Below, piece by piece: positions 12,101 through 22,051 of a stretch of DNA of 64,000 nt (the stretch's first letter is position 1; each line of letters begins with the position of its first letter). Origin of the DNA: an uncultured Spirochaetaceae bacterium (GTDB taxonomy: Bacteria > Spirochaetota > Spirochaetia > SZUA-6 > RPPD01). The notes under the pieces were generated by a model that was not told the origin of the DNA, did not search any database, and saw only the letters and a program-made list of their open reading frames with translations. The stretch lies in contig CAZWKE010000001.1 of the NCBI GenBank assembly GCA_964634205.1, positions 33,325 to 97,324 on the forward strand. The letters are read 5' to 3'. Both the position numbers and the translations under genes were made by a program.

Positions 12101-14994
12101 CCGTACTGACGGATGTCTATTTATACGCAACCGGAGCGTCATGGGTACGCTGGAATACCAGGAACCCCCAGGATATCGATCTTGTGGTTGATAAGGAAAG
12201 TTATAATGTGGGCGAAAAGGCCAGGGTTTTGATCAAATCCCCGCTTCCCCAGGGTGATTACCTCTTAACCATCGAACGTGAAGGAATATTTGCAGAGAAA
12301 CTCATTCATCTTGAGGGTTCGGCACAATTGATTGAGGTCCCCATCACTGAAAAATATGTTCCGATTGTATATGTCGCACTCTCAAGCTACTCAAAAAGGG
12401 AAGCAACAGCTTCCTCTTACTTTGATCCCGACCTGGGAAAACCCAAAGGCTATTTCGGGATTGTCCCCGTTCATGTCGGCACCGAGACAAAGACCTGTAC
12501 GGTGGAGATTATTCCGGGCAAGGACATTTACAAACCCGGCGAAAAAGCGGAGGTGACCATTCTGGTGAAGAAAAACGGAAAACCGTTACCGGGAGCCGAG
12601 GTTACCTTTTTAGCAGCCGACCGGGGAGTACTGGACCTGATCAACTACCATGTGCCCGATCCGATAAGTTTTTTTTACAACAGTAATAAGTTCCCCCTTG
12701 GGGTGCTGGGCGCCGACTCGCGCTCATTGCTGATAGATCCGGTCACGTATGAGGTAAAGGATCTGCAGGGGGGCGGGGGCGAGGCCGGAAAACTCCAGCA
12801 CCGCAAGGATTTTGTACCCCTGGCGGTATTCAAACCCTACCTTGTTACCGATTCACGGGGCAGGGCCGTCGCCCGCTTTACCTTCCCGGATACCCTTACC
12901 ACCTATCGCTCCACCGCGTTGGTGGCAAAGGAACAGATATTCGGTATTAAAGAACAGGAGATCATGGTACAGAATCCCATCAATGTACGCACGGCCCTGC
13001 CGCGGCGGCTGCGTGTGCGGGACACGGCGATCGCCGGGTGTGTACTGACAAACTTGAGCAAGAAAGCGTACACGGTAACCGTATCCCTGCAGCCGGATAT
13101 TCTTGGCATCCACGGACCAAAAGAAAAAAGCGTACAACTCGGGGGAGGGGAGAGTAAGGAGGTGACCTTCAATCTAATGGCTGAAAAACAGGGCGAGGCA
13201 ACCCTGGTGTTTACCATCCGTTCTGCGGTACTCTCGGAAGAGTTGGAGCACAAACTGGTGGTGGAAAAACCCCTCATTACCGAGGCTTTTACGGTCATGG
13301 GAAAAACAGAGTATAATGATAACGCGGACAAGACAAAGAAGGACGAGCTCTACGCAGAAGAGGGGGTGATCATCCCGCAGAGTATTGCCCCGGGGTACGG
13401 CAGCCTCACCATCCGTCTTGATTCCACCCGGCTGACGGCCCTGGCCGAGGCGGTAGGCTATCTCATTCATTATCCGGAAGGTTGTGTGGAACAACGATTG
13501 TCAGCCATTCTTCCCTTTATCCTGTTCGGGGACAAGCTCGAACAGTTCGGTTCGGAATACAGCAGGTACAATGCGTCGCAGCTTATTGAATCGCTCTTCG
13601 CGTTATTGGCAAAATACCAGCATACCGACGGAGGTTTTAACTTCTGGCTGGACCGCATCGGACGCTCCAGTCCCTTTGTATCCGCCAAGGCCGCCCATTA
13701 TCTTTACCTTGCGAGGGAAAGAGGCTATAAAATTCCCTCCGATTTCAATGAAAACAAACTCCTTTCCTTTTTACGAAGTTTTTACCATAGCAAATATATC
13801 AGTGATTATATCAAGATATACGCACTTTATATCCTGACACTTTTCGGTGATAATGTGCGAACGCAATTGGATACGTTCGCCGATAAGGGGGACAGCATCG
13901 GGTTGTCCGGCTATGCCATGCTTGGCTTGAGTTATTATCGGCTTGGTGATGCGGGCAGGGCCAGGACCATGCTGTCACGCCTGAAGAAGTTTACCATGGT
14001 GGGAACCCGCTCCATCGATCTTGTGGAAACCTACGAACACCGCTACTATTTTGACTCCATGGTGCAGAAGCTTGCTCTCCTGCTTATGCTTTACCAAAAG
14101 CTTGACCCGGGAAACGACATGCTGCAGCGAATCACCTTTACCCTGATGGGCAGACAAAAATACGGGTACTGGAACAATACCTGGGACACCTCCTGGGCGC
14201 TTATCTCCTACAGCCGCCTCTTACGCGGAGAAACGGGCAGCGATACAAACTTTACCGCAACCGTCAGCCTTAACGGAAAATCCCTGATCAATCATGTTTT
14301 TCAGGGGATTTCCAAAGGAAATTTTGTAAAGCGGTACGAACTGTTTCACGGCCCTCTGGCACAGTTAAAACGCAACACCCTTTTCCCCCTGCGCCTGGGC
14401 AAAAAGGGCAGGGGTATGCTGTATTACAGTGCAAGCATACGCTACGCGCTTCCCGCCGAAATCGCTCCGGCACGTGATGAGGGATTCAGTGTATTTTCCG
14501 AAATCTATGACCTTGACGGAAAAAAAGTTGAAGGAAGAAACCTTGAGCTGGGGAAAACCTACAGAATGCATACCGTCATCTCCAGCTCCAAACGGCGGAC
14601 ACTTGTAGTCTTACGGGTACCGGTACCGTCGGGGGCGGAGGTTATTGATGCCTCGTTCGTTACTTCCGGCCGCTATTATAACAAGGGCGGGGTCAATACC
14701 AGGCAGTGGGTTCGGGAGACCATCTACGGCGATCAGTTTACCTTTGTGGGGGAGGGTTCTTACTACATGACTCCCGGCGGCCTGTTCTTTGATTTTTACG
14801 GTCCCGAGCAGAAGATCCTGGACAACGAGGTGAAATATTACTTTGACGATCTGTATCGTGGGAAACAGGAAGTGACCTTTTTATTCAGAACCACCTCAGC
14901 AGGCATCTACCCGACCCCGCCCGCATCGGCAGAGTGTATGTATGAGGAGGAGGTATTCGGACGTGCACAGGGACGGCTGCTGGTGATAAAATAG
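9148..14994 (+). CDS. Bacterial alpha-2-macroglobulin lipoprotein (YfhM/A2M family)
   Basis: Lipobox LFYLSC, FTDRGLYKPGETV, thioester motif YPEGCVEQ, TFPDTLTTYR, PASAECMYEEEVFGR; AGGAG RBS before ATG 9148. Confidence 0.93.
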   Translation: MKYASLIISLLCLFYLSCGSHTKIDYEDFIDTSADNFSEAMEIKLQGSLDFSETSINYFDINKIETGEFKIAEDDSPLTITDFGPVGELPVEMRRPTIYVVFSHAIVPLSRLGAPMKESPYMEINPKIPGVFRWYGSKLLSFEPEESFFTGVQRTYTVTVSADVQSLGKKKLGKEHKFSFFNEYLNIASFHPGTPADQYNINYNDVPPDVAQNMTVRFTYPVELNLIRRYLRVECDNRSFGFSLSRPEKSNDNIPDNLIRRSVIITVQQKLPQNSKVILTMLKGARSREDCRGTPKNIQKSYHTLTPFVFRRSDHYNYSFPRSEKGDINPVYLVFSHPLARDDIEKFFSTSFHLTNLKDNIQVWYNTVKISNLPVVYDSSYTIHINKNLKDIYGRSLGTDLEEKIKVGKAASYAYFPNTGTKMLESEFPPKIIFEYQNISSGRWKIGTIYDPYPYNGVSFPDSELEDFDFSAEVPNKKRYEVVDLSPYLNKSGKGFVGVAWNFRSTGRNGKLLRGYQRNLNLQVTDIGITTRYAYNKVIVWVASLSSGKPMAGADVTLLRKRTPKASSRTNTQGIAVFNLPPGEYRSKFSDYNNRDYLRIRVEKGNDKAEFVPNYSHNMYHFGIYNYERPTRIESPRMETLLFTDRGLYKPGETVTFRGIDRTWSAGTYSVYRGPYSISVRERKWKSKPFYQITGTTSGTGGFYGSFKIPDNMEPGYFTIEYARDSRNRRSVGFQIAHFRRLSFQVDLSKPERDYFIGDNLSFRAEASYLAGGAVAGGTYSYYWFKQPTYYKPPGKKWKAYRFGPSGWGSQISLGSGKGTLGIQGTANISQETTADGLKGKPYRYGAEIIVNDISRQEISTRQYVIVHPARFYIGAKVGKDSDGWWSSFVPAGKAFEAEIVLVKPEGQTYTRETTVKAELIKRTWKLAQQQGVYGRINTRYEMVEEVVQRETLHIGNGSGKVGLTPKDAGSYILRFTAADTREHPVLTDVYLYATGASWVRWNTRNPQDIDLVVDKESYNVGEKARVLIKSPLPQGDYLLTIEREGIFAEKLIHLEGSAQLIEVPITEKYVPIVYVALSSYSKREATASSYFDPDLGKPKGYFGIVPVHVGTETKTCTVEIIPGKDIYKPGEKAEVTILVKKNGKPLPGAEVTFLAADRGVLDLINYHVPDPISFFYNSNKFPLGVLGADSRSLLIDPVTYEVKDLQGGGGEAGKLQHRKDFVPLAVFKPYLVTDSRGRAVARFTFPDTLTTYRSTALVAKEQIFGIKEQEIMVQNPINVRTALPRRLRVRDTAIAGCVLTNLSKKAYTVTVSLQPDILGIHGPKEKSVQLGGGESKEVTFNLMAEKQGEATLVFTIRSAVLSEELEHKLVVEKPLITEAFTVMGKTEYNDNADKTKKDELYAEEGVIIPQSIAPGYGSLTIRLDSTRLTALAEAVGYLIHYPEGCVEQRLSAILPFILFGDKLEQFGSEYSRYNASQLIESLFALLAKYQHTDGGFNFWLDRIGRSSPFVSAKAAHYLYLARERGYKIPSDFNENKLLSFLRSFYHSKYISDYIKIYALYILTLFGDNVRTQLDTFADKGDSIGLSGYAMLGLSYYRLGDAGRARTMLSRLKKFTMVGTRSIDLVETYEHRYYFDSMVQKLALLLMLYQKLDPGNDMLQRITFTLMGRQKYGYWNNTWDTSWALISYSRLLRGETGSDTNFTATVSLNGKSLINHVFQGISKGNFVKRYELFHGPLAQLKRNTLFPLRLGKKGRGMLYYSASIRYALPAEIAPARDEGFSVFSEIYDLDGKKVEGRNLELGKTYRMHTVISSSKRRTLVVLRVPVPSGAEVIDASFVTSGRYYNKGGVNTRQWVRETIYGDQFTFVGEGSYYMTPGGLFFDFYGPEQKILDNEVKYYFDDLYRGKQEVTFLFRTTSAGIYPTPPASAECMYEEEVFGRAQGRLLVIK

Positions 14995-15029
14995 TACCGG
15001 CTTTTTTATAAATAAGAACGGCATCAGTC

Positions 15030-17306
15030 ATGAAATCCGGAGATACCATTAAGAATATACTTATCACCTTGGTTGTTTTGCTGCTCCTCATCCAGCTCTT
15101 CTTTACCTTTCTGCCGTATCCGGAACTTACCCGTTTCAGGGAAAACCCCTACAGCCTCCACATCCTGGACCGGAACGGAACCCTGCTGCAGGTACTTGCC
15201 CTGGGAAACGGACTGAGACGGGAGTTTATTCCGCTTAAGGATGTCCCGCCAATCATACTCAGGGTATTTATAAGCGCCGAAGACGCTAATTTTTTTACCC
15301 ACCGCGGCTACGACCCGGTTGCCTTATTTCGCGCCTGGGAACAGAACCTGCGGCACGGGGAAATTGTCTCCGGCGCCTCGACCATCACCATGCAGCTTGC
15401 GCGTATCATCTCACCGCATAAAGGAGGATACGCGGGAAAAATAGAGGAAATATTTCATGCGCTTCTTATTGAAGCCAGAATGAATAAAACCGATATTCTT
15501 GAACTCTGGCTGAACAGCATACCCTTCGGTTTCAACACCGTAGGCATTGCTTCGGCCAGCAAGGTGTTCTTCGGGGAGCCCCTGCAAAGTCTTTTACCGG
15601 CGGACTGTATTCTCTTGGCACTCATACCGAGAAACCCGGCAAAATATAATCCACTCCAAGGCGGCCGAGAGATAGTACAGGCAGGGCTTGCGCTGGCACG
15701 GCGAATCGGTATTCCCCTGAGCGCGGCCGAAATCGAACAGGCCCTGGAGAGGGCAAAAAATTTTGCCGGAAAATACCATTGGCCGTTTTTTGCTCCGCAT
15801 TTTGTTCATTACGTGACCGAACACCTTTCACCGGCTGAGTTGGCTGCGGGGAGACCGGTGTATACTTCACTGGATCTGGAACTGAACCGGCGGGTGGAGG
15901 CGGCTATAAAAACAAAAATAGCGGCCGCCTATTCCAACAGAATCCAAAATGGGGCGGCATTACTATTGGACAACAGGACCGGTGAAATTCTGGCATACGT
16001 GGGTTCACAAGACTATTTCGACCCGGAATACAGCGGCCAGATCGACGGCATCCAGATCAGGAACCAGCCGGGCTCAACCCTGAAGCCATACCTCTATGCC
16101 CTTGCCCTGACCAAGGGCTTTACCGCGGCATCCGTGCTGCCCGACATCCCCACCGATTTCGGGGGAGAAGAGGTCTACATTCCCCTTAACTTCAACGAGC
16201 GCTTTAACGGGCCGGTCCGCCTGCGGGTGGCTTTGGCGTCCTCATTGAATGTTCCCGCCGTCTATCTCCTGGAACGCCTGGGGGTTAAAAACTTTTCCGA
16301 TAAGCTCATTGAATTGGGATTTAACTCATTGAAAGACCAGGCGTCATCCGTAGGTATAGGGCTTGCCCTGGGAAACGCCGAAGTCAGCTTATATGAGCTT
16401 GTACGGGCATTCTCAGTGTTTCCTCGGGATGGAAAACTGTTACCGACCACCTGGAGAAGACGATCCAGGGAGGGGAAAACGGATTTCATCGACGGGAAAC
16501 AGGTGTTCGATCCTCTTTCCGCCGGAATTATCAGAGACATCCTCTCCGACGAAGAAAGCAGGATACCCGGATTCGGCCCGGATTCAATCTTAAATACACC
16601 GTTTCCCGCTATCTTTAAAACCGGGACCTCCAACCAGTTCAATAATATCTGGGCCGTCGGGGCGACTCCCCGGTATACAATGGGTGTGTGGATGGGAAAT
16701 TTTTCCGGGCACACGGTAATCGGGGCCCCGGGCAGTTCCCTGCCCGCGCAGGTGGTTGTTCAAGTTCTCTCACCGCTTTCCGTCCCCGGGGAAAATTTTC
16801 CGAAAATTGCAAATGCACAGCGGATTCAAATCTGTACCCTCTCCGGGGGGAAGGCCACGCCCCTCTGCCCGGCGACGACCATGGAATACTTTCCGCCCGG
16901 TACCGAACCCGCTCCCTGTACCTATCATGTTGAGGTTAACGGTCGGGTTATTATCAACTATCCGCCCGAATACCAGCTCTGGGCAATGGAAAGCGGGCAT
17001 GTCTACGACATACGGCGGACGACAGGAACATCCGGGGATAGTACCTCCGGGAAGGTACGGATAATCCATCCCGCGCCTGATGCGGTATTCTTTTATGATC
17101 CCGCTATCCCCGCCGGGGAACAGGCCGTTCGCATTGAGGTCATCAGCCAGGATCCCTCCTCCAGCGTGGAATTATCTGTGGATGGTGTACCGGTGGCACA
17201 GGGATTTTCACCGCTTGCCTGTACCATCCCCCTGGTACCGGGAGAGCATAGGGTCCTGGCCCAAGGGAAAAACGGATATGATGAGCTCCATTTCGAGGTA
17301 CGCTGA
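15030..17306 (+). CDS. pbpC: Penicillin-binding protein 1C
   Basis: Transglycosylase motifs AEDANF, GASTITMQLARI; transpeptidase motifs PGSTLKP, SLN, KTGT; C-terminal PBP1C Ig-like domain; adjacent to A2M. Confidence 0.95.
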   Translation: MKSGDTIKNILITLVVLLLLIQLFFTFLPYPELTRFRENPYSLHILDRNGTLLQVLALGNGLRREFIPLKDVPPIILRVFISAEDANFFTHRGYDPVALFRAWEQNLRHGEIVSGASTITMQLARIISPHKGGYAGKIEEIFHALLIEARMNKTDILELWLNSIPFGFNTVGIASASKVFFGEPLQSLLPADCILLALIPRNPAKYNPLQGGREIVQAGLALARRIGIPLSAAEIEQALERAKNFAGKYHWPFFAPHFVHYVTEHLSPAELAAGRPVYTSLDLELNRRVEAAIKTKIAAAYSNRIQNGAALLLDNRTGEILAYVGSQDYFDPEYSGQIDGIQIRNQPGSTLKPYLYALALTKGFTAASVLPDIPTDFGGEEVYIPLNFNERFNGPVRLRVALASSLNVPAVYLLERLGVKNFSDKLIELGFNSLKDQASSVGIGLALGNAEVSLYELVRAFSVFPRDGKLLPTTWRRRSREGKTDFIDGKQVFDPLSAGIIRDILSDEESRIPGFGPDSILNTPFPAIFKTGTSNQFNNIWAVGATPRYTMGVWMGNFSGHTVIGAPGSSLPAQVVVQVLSPLSVPGENFPKIANAQRIQICTLSGGKATPLCPATTMEYFPPGTEPAPCTYHVEVNGRVIINYPPEYQLWAMESGHVYDIRRTTGTSGDSTSGKVRIIHPAPDAVFFYDPAIPAGEQAVRIEVISQDPSSSVELSVDGVPVAQGFSPLACTIPLVPGEHRVLAQGKNGYDELHFEVR

Positions 17307-17343
17307 ATATTAAAAAACATATATATCTTTAGTAATTTTTGGA

Positions 17344-17372
17344 TTGTTATTTTGGGTGTATATGTTTATAAT
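17344..17372 (+). promoter_or_regulatory. Sigma-70 promoter, probably giving a leaderless mRNA for the HD-GYP gene
   Basis: TTGTTA-N17-TATAAT with an in-frame GTG 6 nt after the -10. Confidence 0.55.
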
Positions 17373-17378
17373 AATTTT

Positions 17379-18611
17379 GTGGCAAACAGCTCGGCAAATA
17401 TAAGCAAAATTCTCAAACTGGAATCCGAATTCAACCGCATCCAGGATGTTGATATATTGCTGGAGAGAATACTTACGGAGGCCCGACGCATGCTTCAGGC
17501 CGACGCAGGTTCTATTTATATTGTCGAAGGTAATAAACTGACCATTAAATACTCCCAGAATGATACAAAACAAAAAGAACTTCCGCCGGGGCAAAAACTT
17601 ATTTATTCGATATTTAAACTGAACGTCAATAAAAAAACCGTTGCAGGGTATGTGGCCTGCACAGGCGAAATCGTAAATATCCCCGACGTTTATACCATTG
17701 CCCCCAACGCCCCTTATCACTATGATCCCAGTTTTGATAAACTGGCCGGATACAAAACCGGTTCCATGCTTACCATCCCCTTAAAATTAAACACGGGAAC
17801 CCTCATCGGCCTGATCCAGATTATCAATAAAAAGAATGCCGCCGGGGAAATTATCCCATTCACTAAAAACGATGAGCTTCTGGCCATGCATTTCGGGAAT
17901 AACGCCACCGTTGCGCTGCAGAGGGCCCAGATGACCAGAACCATTATCCTGCGGATGATTAAAATGTCGGCTTTACGGGACCCCAAAGAAACCGGTATGC
18001 ACGTTAACCGGGTGGCCGGGTACGCGGTTGAAATCTATGAACGATACGCCAATAAACACGCCATCCCGGAAAAAGAAGTACAAAAAAACCGCGACATGCT
18101 GCGTATGGCCGCCATGCTGCACGATGTCGGTAAGATCGCCATCTCCGATACCATTTTAAAGAAACCCGGGAAACTCAACCAAAGCGAATTTGACATTATG
18201 AAGGGCCACACCTACCTGGGGGCGAGGCTTTTTATGGACACACAATCGGAGTTCGATGAGGTCGCCGCCCAGATTGCCTTAAGCCACCATGAAAAATGGA
18301 ACGGGAAAGGATACCCGGGATATATCAATATCGCCAATGGCAAACCAAAAAAAAAGGATAAGGACGGGAATCCCAAAGGACTTAAGGGAAAACAGATTCC
18401 CCTCTGGGGAAGAATAGTTGCCATAGCGGACGTATACGATGCACTCTCATCCAAACGGGTCTATAAAGAAAAATGGGAACAGGAAAAGGTATTGGAAGAG
18501 ATTAATAATCTATCGGGCAGCAGTTTTGATCCGGAGCTGGTGGATATTTTTTTTGAGGTCCTCCCTCATATAAAACAGATCTCCGAACGCTACGCCGAGG
18601 AATTAGAGTAA
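17379..18611 (+). CDS. GAF + HD-GYP domain c-di-GMP phosphodiesterase
   Basis: GAF region (ADAGSIY, YKTGSMLTIPL), HDVGK, HHEKWNGKGYP, RIVAIADVYDAL. Start GTG 17379 is inferred; the ORF track uses 17352. Confidence 0.9.
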   Translation: MANSSANISKILKLESEFNRIQDVDILLERILTEARRMLQADAGSIYIVEGNKLTIKYSQNDTKQKELPPGQKLIYSIFKLNVNKKTVAGYVACTGEIVNIPDVYTIAPNAPYHYDPSFDKLAGYKTGSMLTIPLKLNTGTLIGLIQIINKKNAAGEIIPFTKNDELLAMHFGNNATVALQRAQMTRTIILRMIKMSALRDPKETGMHVNRVAGYAVEIYERYANKHAIPEKEVQKNRDMLRMAAMLHDVGKIAISDTILKKPGKLNQSEFDIMKGHTYLGARLFMDTQSEFDEVAAQIALSHHEKWNGKGYPGYINIANGKPKKKDKDGNPKGLKGKQIPLWGRIVAIADVYDALSSKRVYKEKWEQEKVLEEINNLSGSSFDPELVDIFFEVLPHIKQISERYAEELE

Positions 18612-18642
18612 GCCTTCATCACCTTGGGGTTATGGTGTTTTT

Positions 18643-19452
18643 GTGAATAAAGATGTAACCGATTCGGTAAAAATTTATTTTATAGAACCCATCGAAATGA
18701 TCTCAGTAGTCATCGATACATTAATCAAATTAAACTTTGAGGCATATTCCATTTCGGAAATCTATAAACATAAACTTATTTCCGTCTTAAAAACAAATCC
18801 CCGCAGCGTTGTGTATATCTGTGTAATGAGTGATTCAAGCCTGGATGAATGGATGGAATACCTTGATGAGCTGCAGAAACTCACGGAAGTCCAGCTCCAG
18901 GTAGGTGCCTTCATCTACAGTAAAATGCCTTTTGACGCTAAAATACGCTTTCTGGAAAGGGGTATTGCCACGATTCCCTTTGAAAGTCTGAAACTCCATA
19001 CACTACAGACCCTGAAAAAAATCCTGACATATTTTGAGGCCGGTGGAAAGAAAAAATATGTATCTGCTCCGACCTCCGGTATCTGCCAGGCGTATTTCAA
19101 GATAAAAGGGCAGCCGACCCAATTACATGCCGACATTCTCTCACTCTCGGTATTTGCTTTTTCCTGCAGGATTAAACAACAGGACCGGCTTCATTTCGGC
19201 ACCGGCGCTTATTACCGGGACGTCACACTCTTGCTTCGTGGTCGCCGTGTGGGTATTTCCGCCCAGTTTATCGGTTTCGGTAAGGACAATCCTCATATTG
19301 GAATCTTCAAGATAGTTGTTGCTTCAACAGAAGGTGCCGCCGGCGGATATCATAATCAACTTCCCCATGATGTAAAGAACAAACTCTATGCTGCCGTGAA
19401 ATCGTTTTTAAAAGACAATTTAAAAAAGAAAATCGATGCAATTCCCGATTAG
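18643..19452 (+). CDS. Hypothetical protein: receiver-like N-terminal fold plus a degenerate PilZ-like C-terminal domain
   Basis: KKKYVSAP and DILSLSVFAFSC resemble decayed RxxxR and D/NxSxxG motifs; 31 nt downstream of HD-GYP. Fold call is inference. Confidence 0.5.
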   Translation: MNKDVTDSVKIYFIEPIEMISVVIDTLIKLNFEAYSISEIYKHKLISVLKTNPRSVVYICVMSDSSLDEWMEYLDELQKLTEVQLQVGAFIYSKMPFDAKIRFLERGIATIPFESLKLHTLQTLKKILTYFEAGGKKKYVSAPTSGICQAYFKIKGQPTQLHADILSLSVFAFSCRIKQQDRLHFGTGAYYRDVTLLLRGRRVGISAQFIGFGKDNPHIGIFKIVVASTEGAAGGYHNQLPHDVKNKLYAAVKSFLKDNLKKKIDAIPD

Positions 19453-19479
19453 AAAGACTTATGGAACACCGACAGAGGG

Positions 19480-19851
19480 TTATTCCTCAGCCCGCGTAAG
19501 AACAGCCACATTATACTGATCAGCATCTTCAAGATAGAGTGCCAGTGAAATGACATTATCGTTTACCATATAATAATACACTGTTACGGTACTATCCTCA
19601 ATCTGCAGGGTAAAGCGATCTCCTTTGTCACTCAATTGATAATGCATGGTGATCTCACCATCAACCACAAGGGTGGTGTCGTCTTTAAACTCCCAGGTCT
19701 GCCTGTCGCCCTCGGCAATCCTGCTCCTGCCCCCACTCAAAATAAACTGGGGGAACAGGTCCCATTTCCCCAGCAAGGGATTTCCGCCGCCATTGGCAAA
19801 TACCTGAATACTGACGCTTATACACAGAAGGAACAGCAGTACCTTTTTCAC
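19480..19851 (-). CDS. Secreted lipocalin-like beta-barrel protein
   Basis: Signal peptide then NPLLGKW (GxW motif) and beta-rich sequence. Confidence 0.5.
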   Translation of the reverse strand: MKKVLLFLLCISVSIQVFANGGGNPLLGKWDLFPQFILSGGRSRIAEGDRQTWEFKDDTTLVVDGEITMHYQLSDKGDRFTLQIEDSTVTVYYYMVNDNVISLALYLEDADQYNVAVLTRAEE

Positions 19852-20330
19852 AGTTTATACCCGAATGTGCGCAACAACTCTCTGCGCTTTTTTTTATCAT
19901 CCGCGCTTTCCACTCCTTTTGGGGAAAATCCGTCAACCACCCCAACGATCCCTCTTCCCTGTCCTGTTTCCGCCACAAGAACCTGCAAGGGATTTGCCGT
20001 GGCGCAGAAGATCCTGGTGACCTCCTGGCACTGTTTGATTTGATTGAGCACATTTATCGGGAACGCGTTTTTCATGATGAGGAAAAAGGAATGTCCCGCA
20101 CCGACGGCCTTTGCATACGTTATCGCCTGTGTTACCAGCTGTTCGTCGTTTCCCTCTGTTCTGATCAGACACGGTCCGGAGGCTTCACAAAAGGACAACC
20201 CGAACTGCACCCCCGGAACCGCGCAAACCATTATTTCCGCGATGTCCTCCGCAGTCTTGATGAAATGAGACTGCCCGACAATAATATTACAGTTTTCAGG
20301 AAGACCGATATCTACCGGAATGATATCCAT
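19848..20330 (-). CDS. Adenosine-specific kinase family protein (DUF355)
   Basis: NIIVGQSHFIKTAED, FCEASGPCLIRTEGND, FCATANPLQV, GRGIVGVVDGFSPKGVE. Confidence 0.88.
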   Translation of the reverse strand: MDIIPVDIGLPENCNIIVGQSHFIKTAEDIAEIMVCAVPGVQFGLSFCEASGPCLIRTEGNDEQLVTQAITYAKAVGAGHSFFLIMKNAFPINVLNQIKQCQEVTRIFCATANPLQVLVAETGQGRGIVGVVDGFSPKGVESADDKKKRRELLRTFGYKL

Positions 20331-20350
20331 ATACTCACCTCCGAAAAAAA

Positions 20351-22048
20351 TTATTGATTCAGGGCATCCAGATCTATCTCCGCAACCGTACAGGGCATTT
20401 GCACACCCCAGTTCTCCAGAATCACGGGATGAATCTCGCCCATGATACCCACCTGTTGCTTGTTATTAACAATCCCCGCACTCCGCCCCCTGATAAAACG
20501 AGGATCATCAAGTTCCTGCAGGGAATACTCTTTGTTAAGGTAAAAAAACAACGCGGAAACCTTGGCGCTGATATCATTAAAACCCGCCTCCCTGTCCGCA
20601 AAGAAAAAGGTAAGGAAGTTCTTTGTAACCGAACCGTAATTTTCATTTTTGTTTTTCAGTACCACCTTGCCGACCTCAAAGATCAGGTGCGGGTAGACTG
20701 CATTCCCTGACATGGCCTCGGAAGCCAGCAGATTGGGAATAATGGAATTTCGTACCATCTCATAGCTTTCGGTCATTGGATTGGCGATTTCGATTATATT
20801 TTCACCGGGAAGATTCATTTTTTCCACAAAGTCTTTTTTTGATCCCAGATAATTATAAATCATCTCCTGAAAACCAAGCCCGGTCATGATGTCTCGCGCT
20901 CTGCGTGAAAACTCTTCCTGGGGAGTAAGCCGGCCGATGGTAAAATCTTCCGGGGTGAGCGGGGTGAATTTTTGGAGGCCCCGTCCCATCATAATTTCTT
21001 CTACAACATCCACGGGATGCATAAAGTCATTCCGGTATTCCGGAGGGAATATGGTCAGTTCTTCCTTTTCCACGCTGACTTTGTTGCCCATTTTCCGGAT
21101 ACAGTCCGCCGCCTGTGCCACGGGGAGTTCGTCTCCCAGCAGTTTGTTTGCGTAACCGATATCCAGTGAAACCGGCTTTTGAAAGTAAAACGGAGTGATA
21201 ATTTCATGTCCCCGCGGGGTATCATACGGATAACATACCTTGACCGGTTTGATGGTAAAACCGGCCTCGGCAAAATCACACGCGGCCACCGATGTAGCCA
21301 GAAGCAAGGTGTCCAGGTCCGTGCCCGTCAACTCCACAAAGACTTTGCTGTCGCCTATCTCTACGGCGCCGATTGTATCACTGTTGATAATGGGAGGAAA
21401 GCTTAACACGTCTCCCTTGTTGTCCTTTAAAAAGGGATATTTACTGAAATCCTTTACGATATAACCGAATTCCACTCCCTTGGGGTGCTCACTCAATATT
21501 TGTTTGAGGTTGTATTCCTTTTTTAGTCCCAGGGGGATGAACCGTGTCGTATCCGGATCCGCGGCAATATAGTGCACGGGATATTCGATACTATCGGAGC
21601 GATAGATACCCATGGCGATGGTCTTGCGTTTGCTGCCGTAGTTTCCGCACAATTTTTCCTGGGATTGGATCAGGTCGATAAGCAGGGCCTCTTCGATTGC
21701 GGGCCCTTCGGCCGTAAAGGCGGCGATATAGGGCCGGATGTGCTGCAGCTCATTATCCACAAAAATGACGCGATCGCCGGTATCCTTCTTTTTACCTGAT
21801 ATTGAAAAAAAATCAAACGTCGGCGCCTGGGTTCCCAGAAAGATTTTCAGCTGCCGGGCCAATCCGATGGTAGACCATAAATCCGGTCGGTTGGTGTCAT
21901 TCAGTTCGATTTTGAGAATTCCCTGGTCCTTATCCACATCATCCAGTTCAGCCTTGGCGGTCTCCAGAACCTCAATCAGTTCCGTCTGGTTCAATTTCCT
22001 CCCGAGGTATTTGAAAAAAAGCTTTTCGTTCACTTCAATCTTGGGCAT
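20351..22048 (-). CDS. pheT: Phenylalanine-tRNA ligase beta subunit, archaeal/eukaryotic type
   Basis: 565 aa, MPKIEV start, NRPDLWS, HPVDVVEEI; lacks the bacterial OB-fold and FDX-ACB extensions. Confidence 0.93.
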   Translation of the reverse strand: MPKIEVNEKLFFKYLGRKLNQTELIEVLETAKAELDDVDKDQGILKIELNDTNRPDLWSTIGLARQLKIFLGTQAPTFDFFSISGKKKDTGDRVIFVDNELQHIRPYIAAFTAEGPAIEEALLIDLIQSQEKLCGNYGSKRKTIAMGIYRSDSIEYPVHYIAADPDTTRFIPLGLKKEYNLKQILSEHPKGVEFGYIVKDFSKYPFLKDNKGDVLSFPPIINSDTIGAVEIGDSKVFVELTGTDLDTLLLATSVAACDFAEAGFTIKPVKVCYPYDTPRGHEIITPFYFQKPVSLDIGYANKLLGDELPVAQAADCIRKMGNKVSVEKEELTIFPPEYRNDFMHPVDVVEEIMMGRGLQKFTPLTPEDFTIGRLTPQEEFSRRARDIMTGLGFQEMIYNYLGSKKDFVEKMNLPGENIIEIANPMTESYEMVRNSIIPNLLASEAMSGNAVYPHLIFEVGKVVLKNKNENYGSVTKNFLTFFFADREAGFNDISAKVSALFFYLNKEYSLQELDDPRFIRGRSAGIVNNKQQVGIMGEIHPVILENWGVQMPCTVAEIDLDALNQ

Positions 22049-22051
22049 TGA

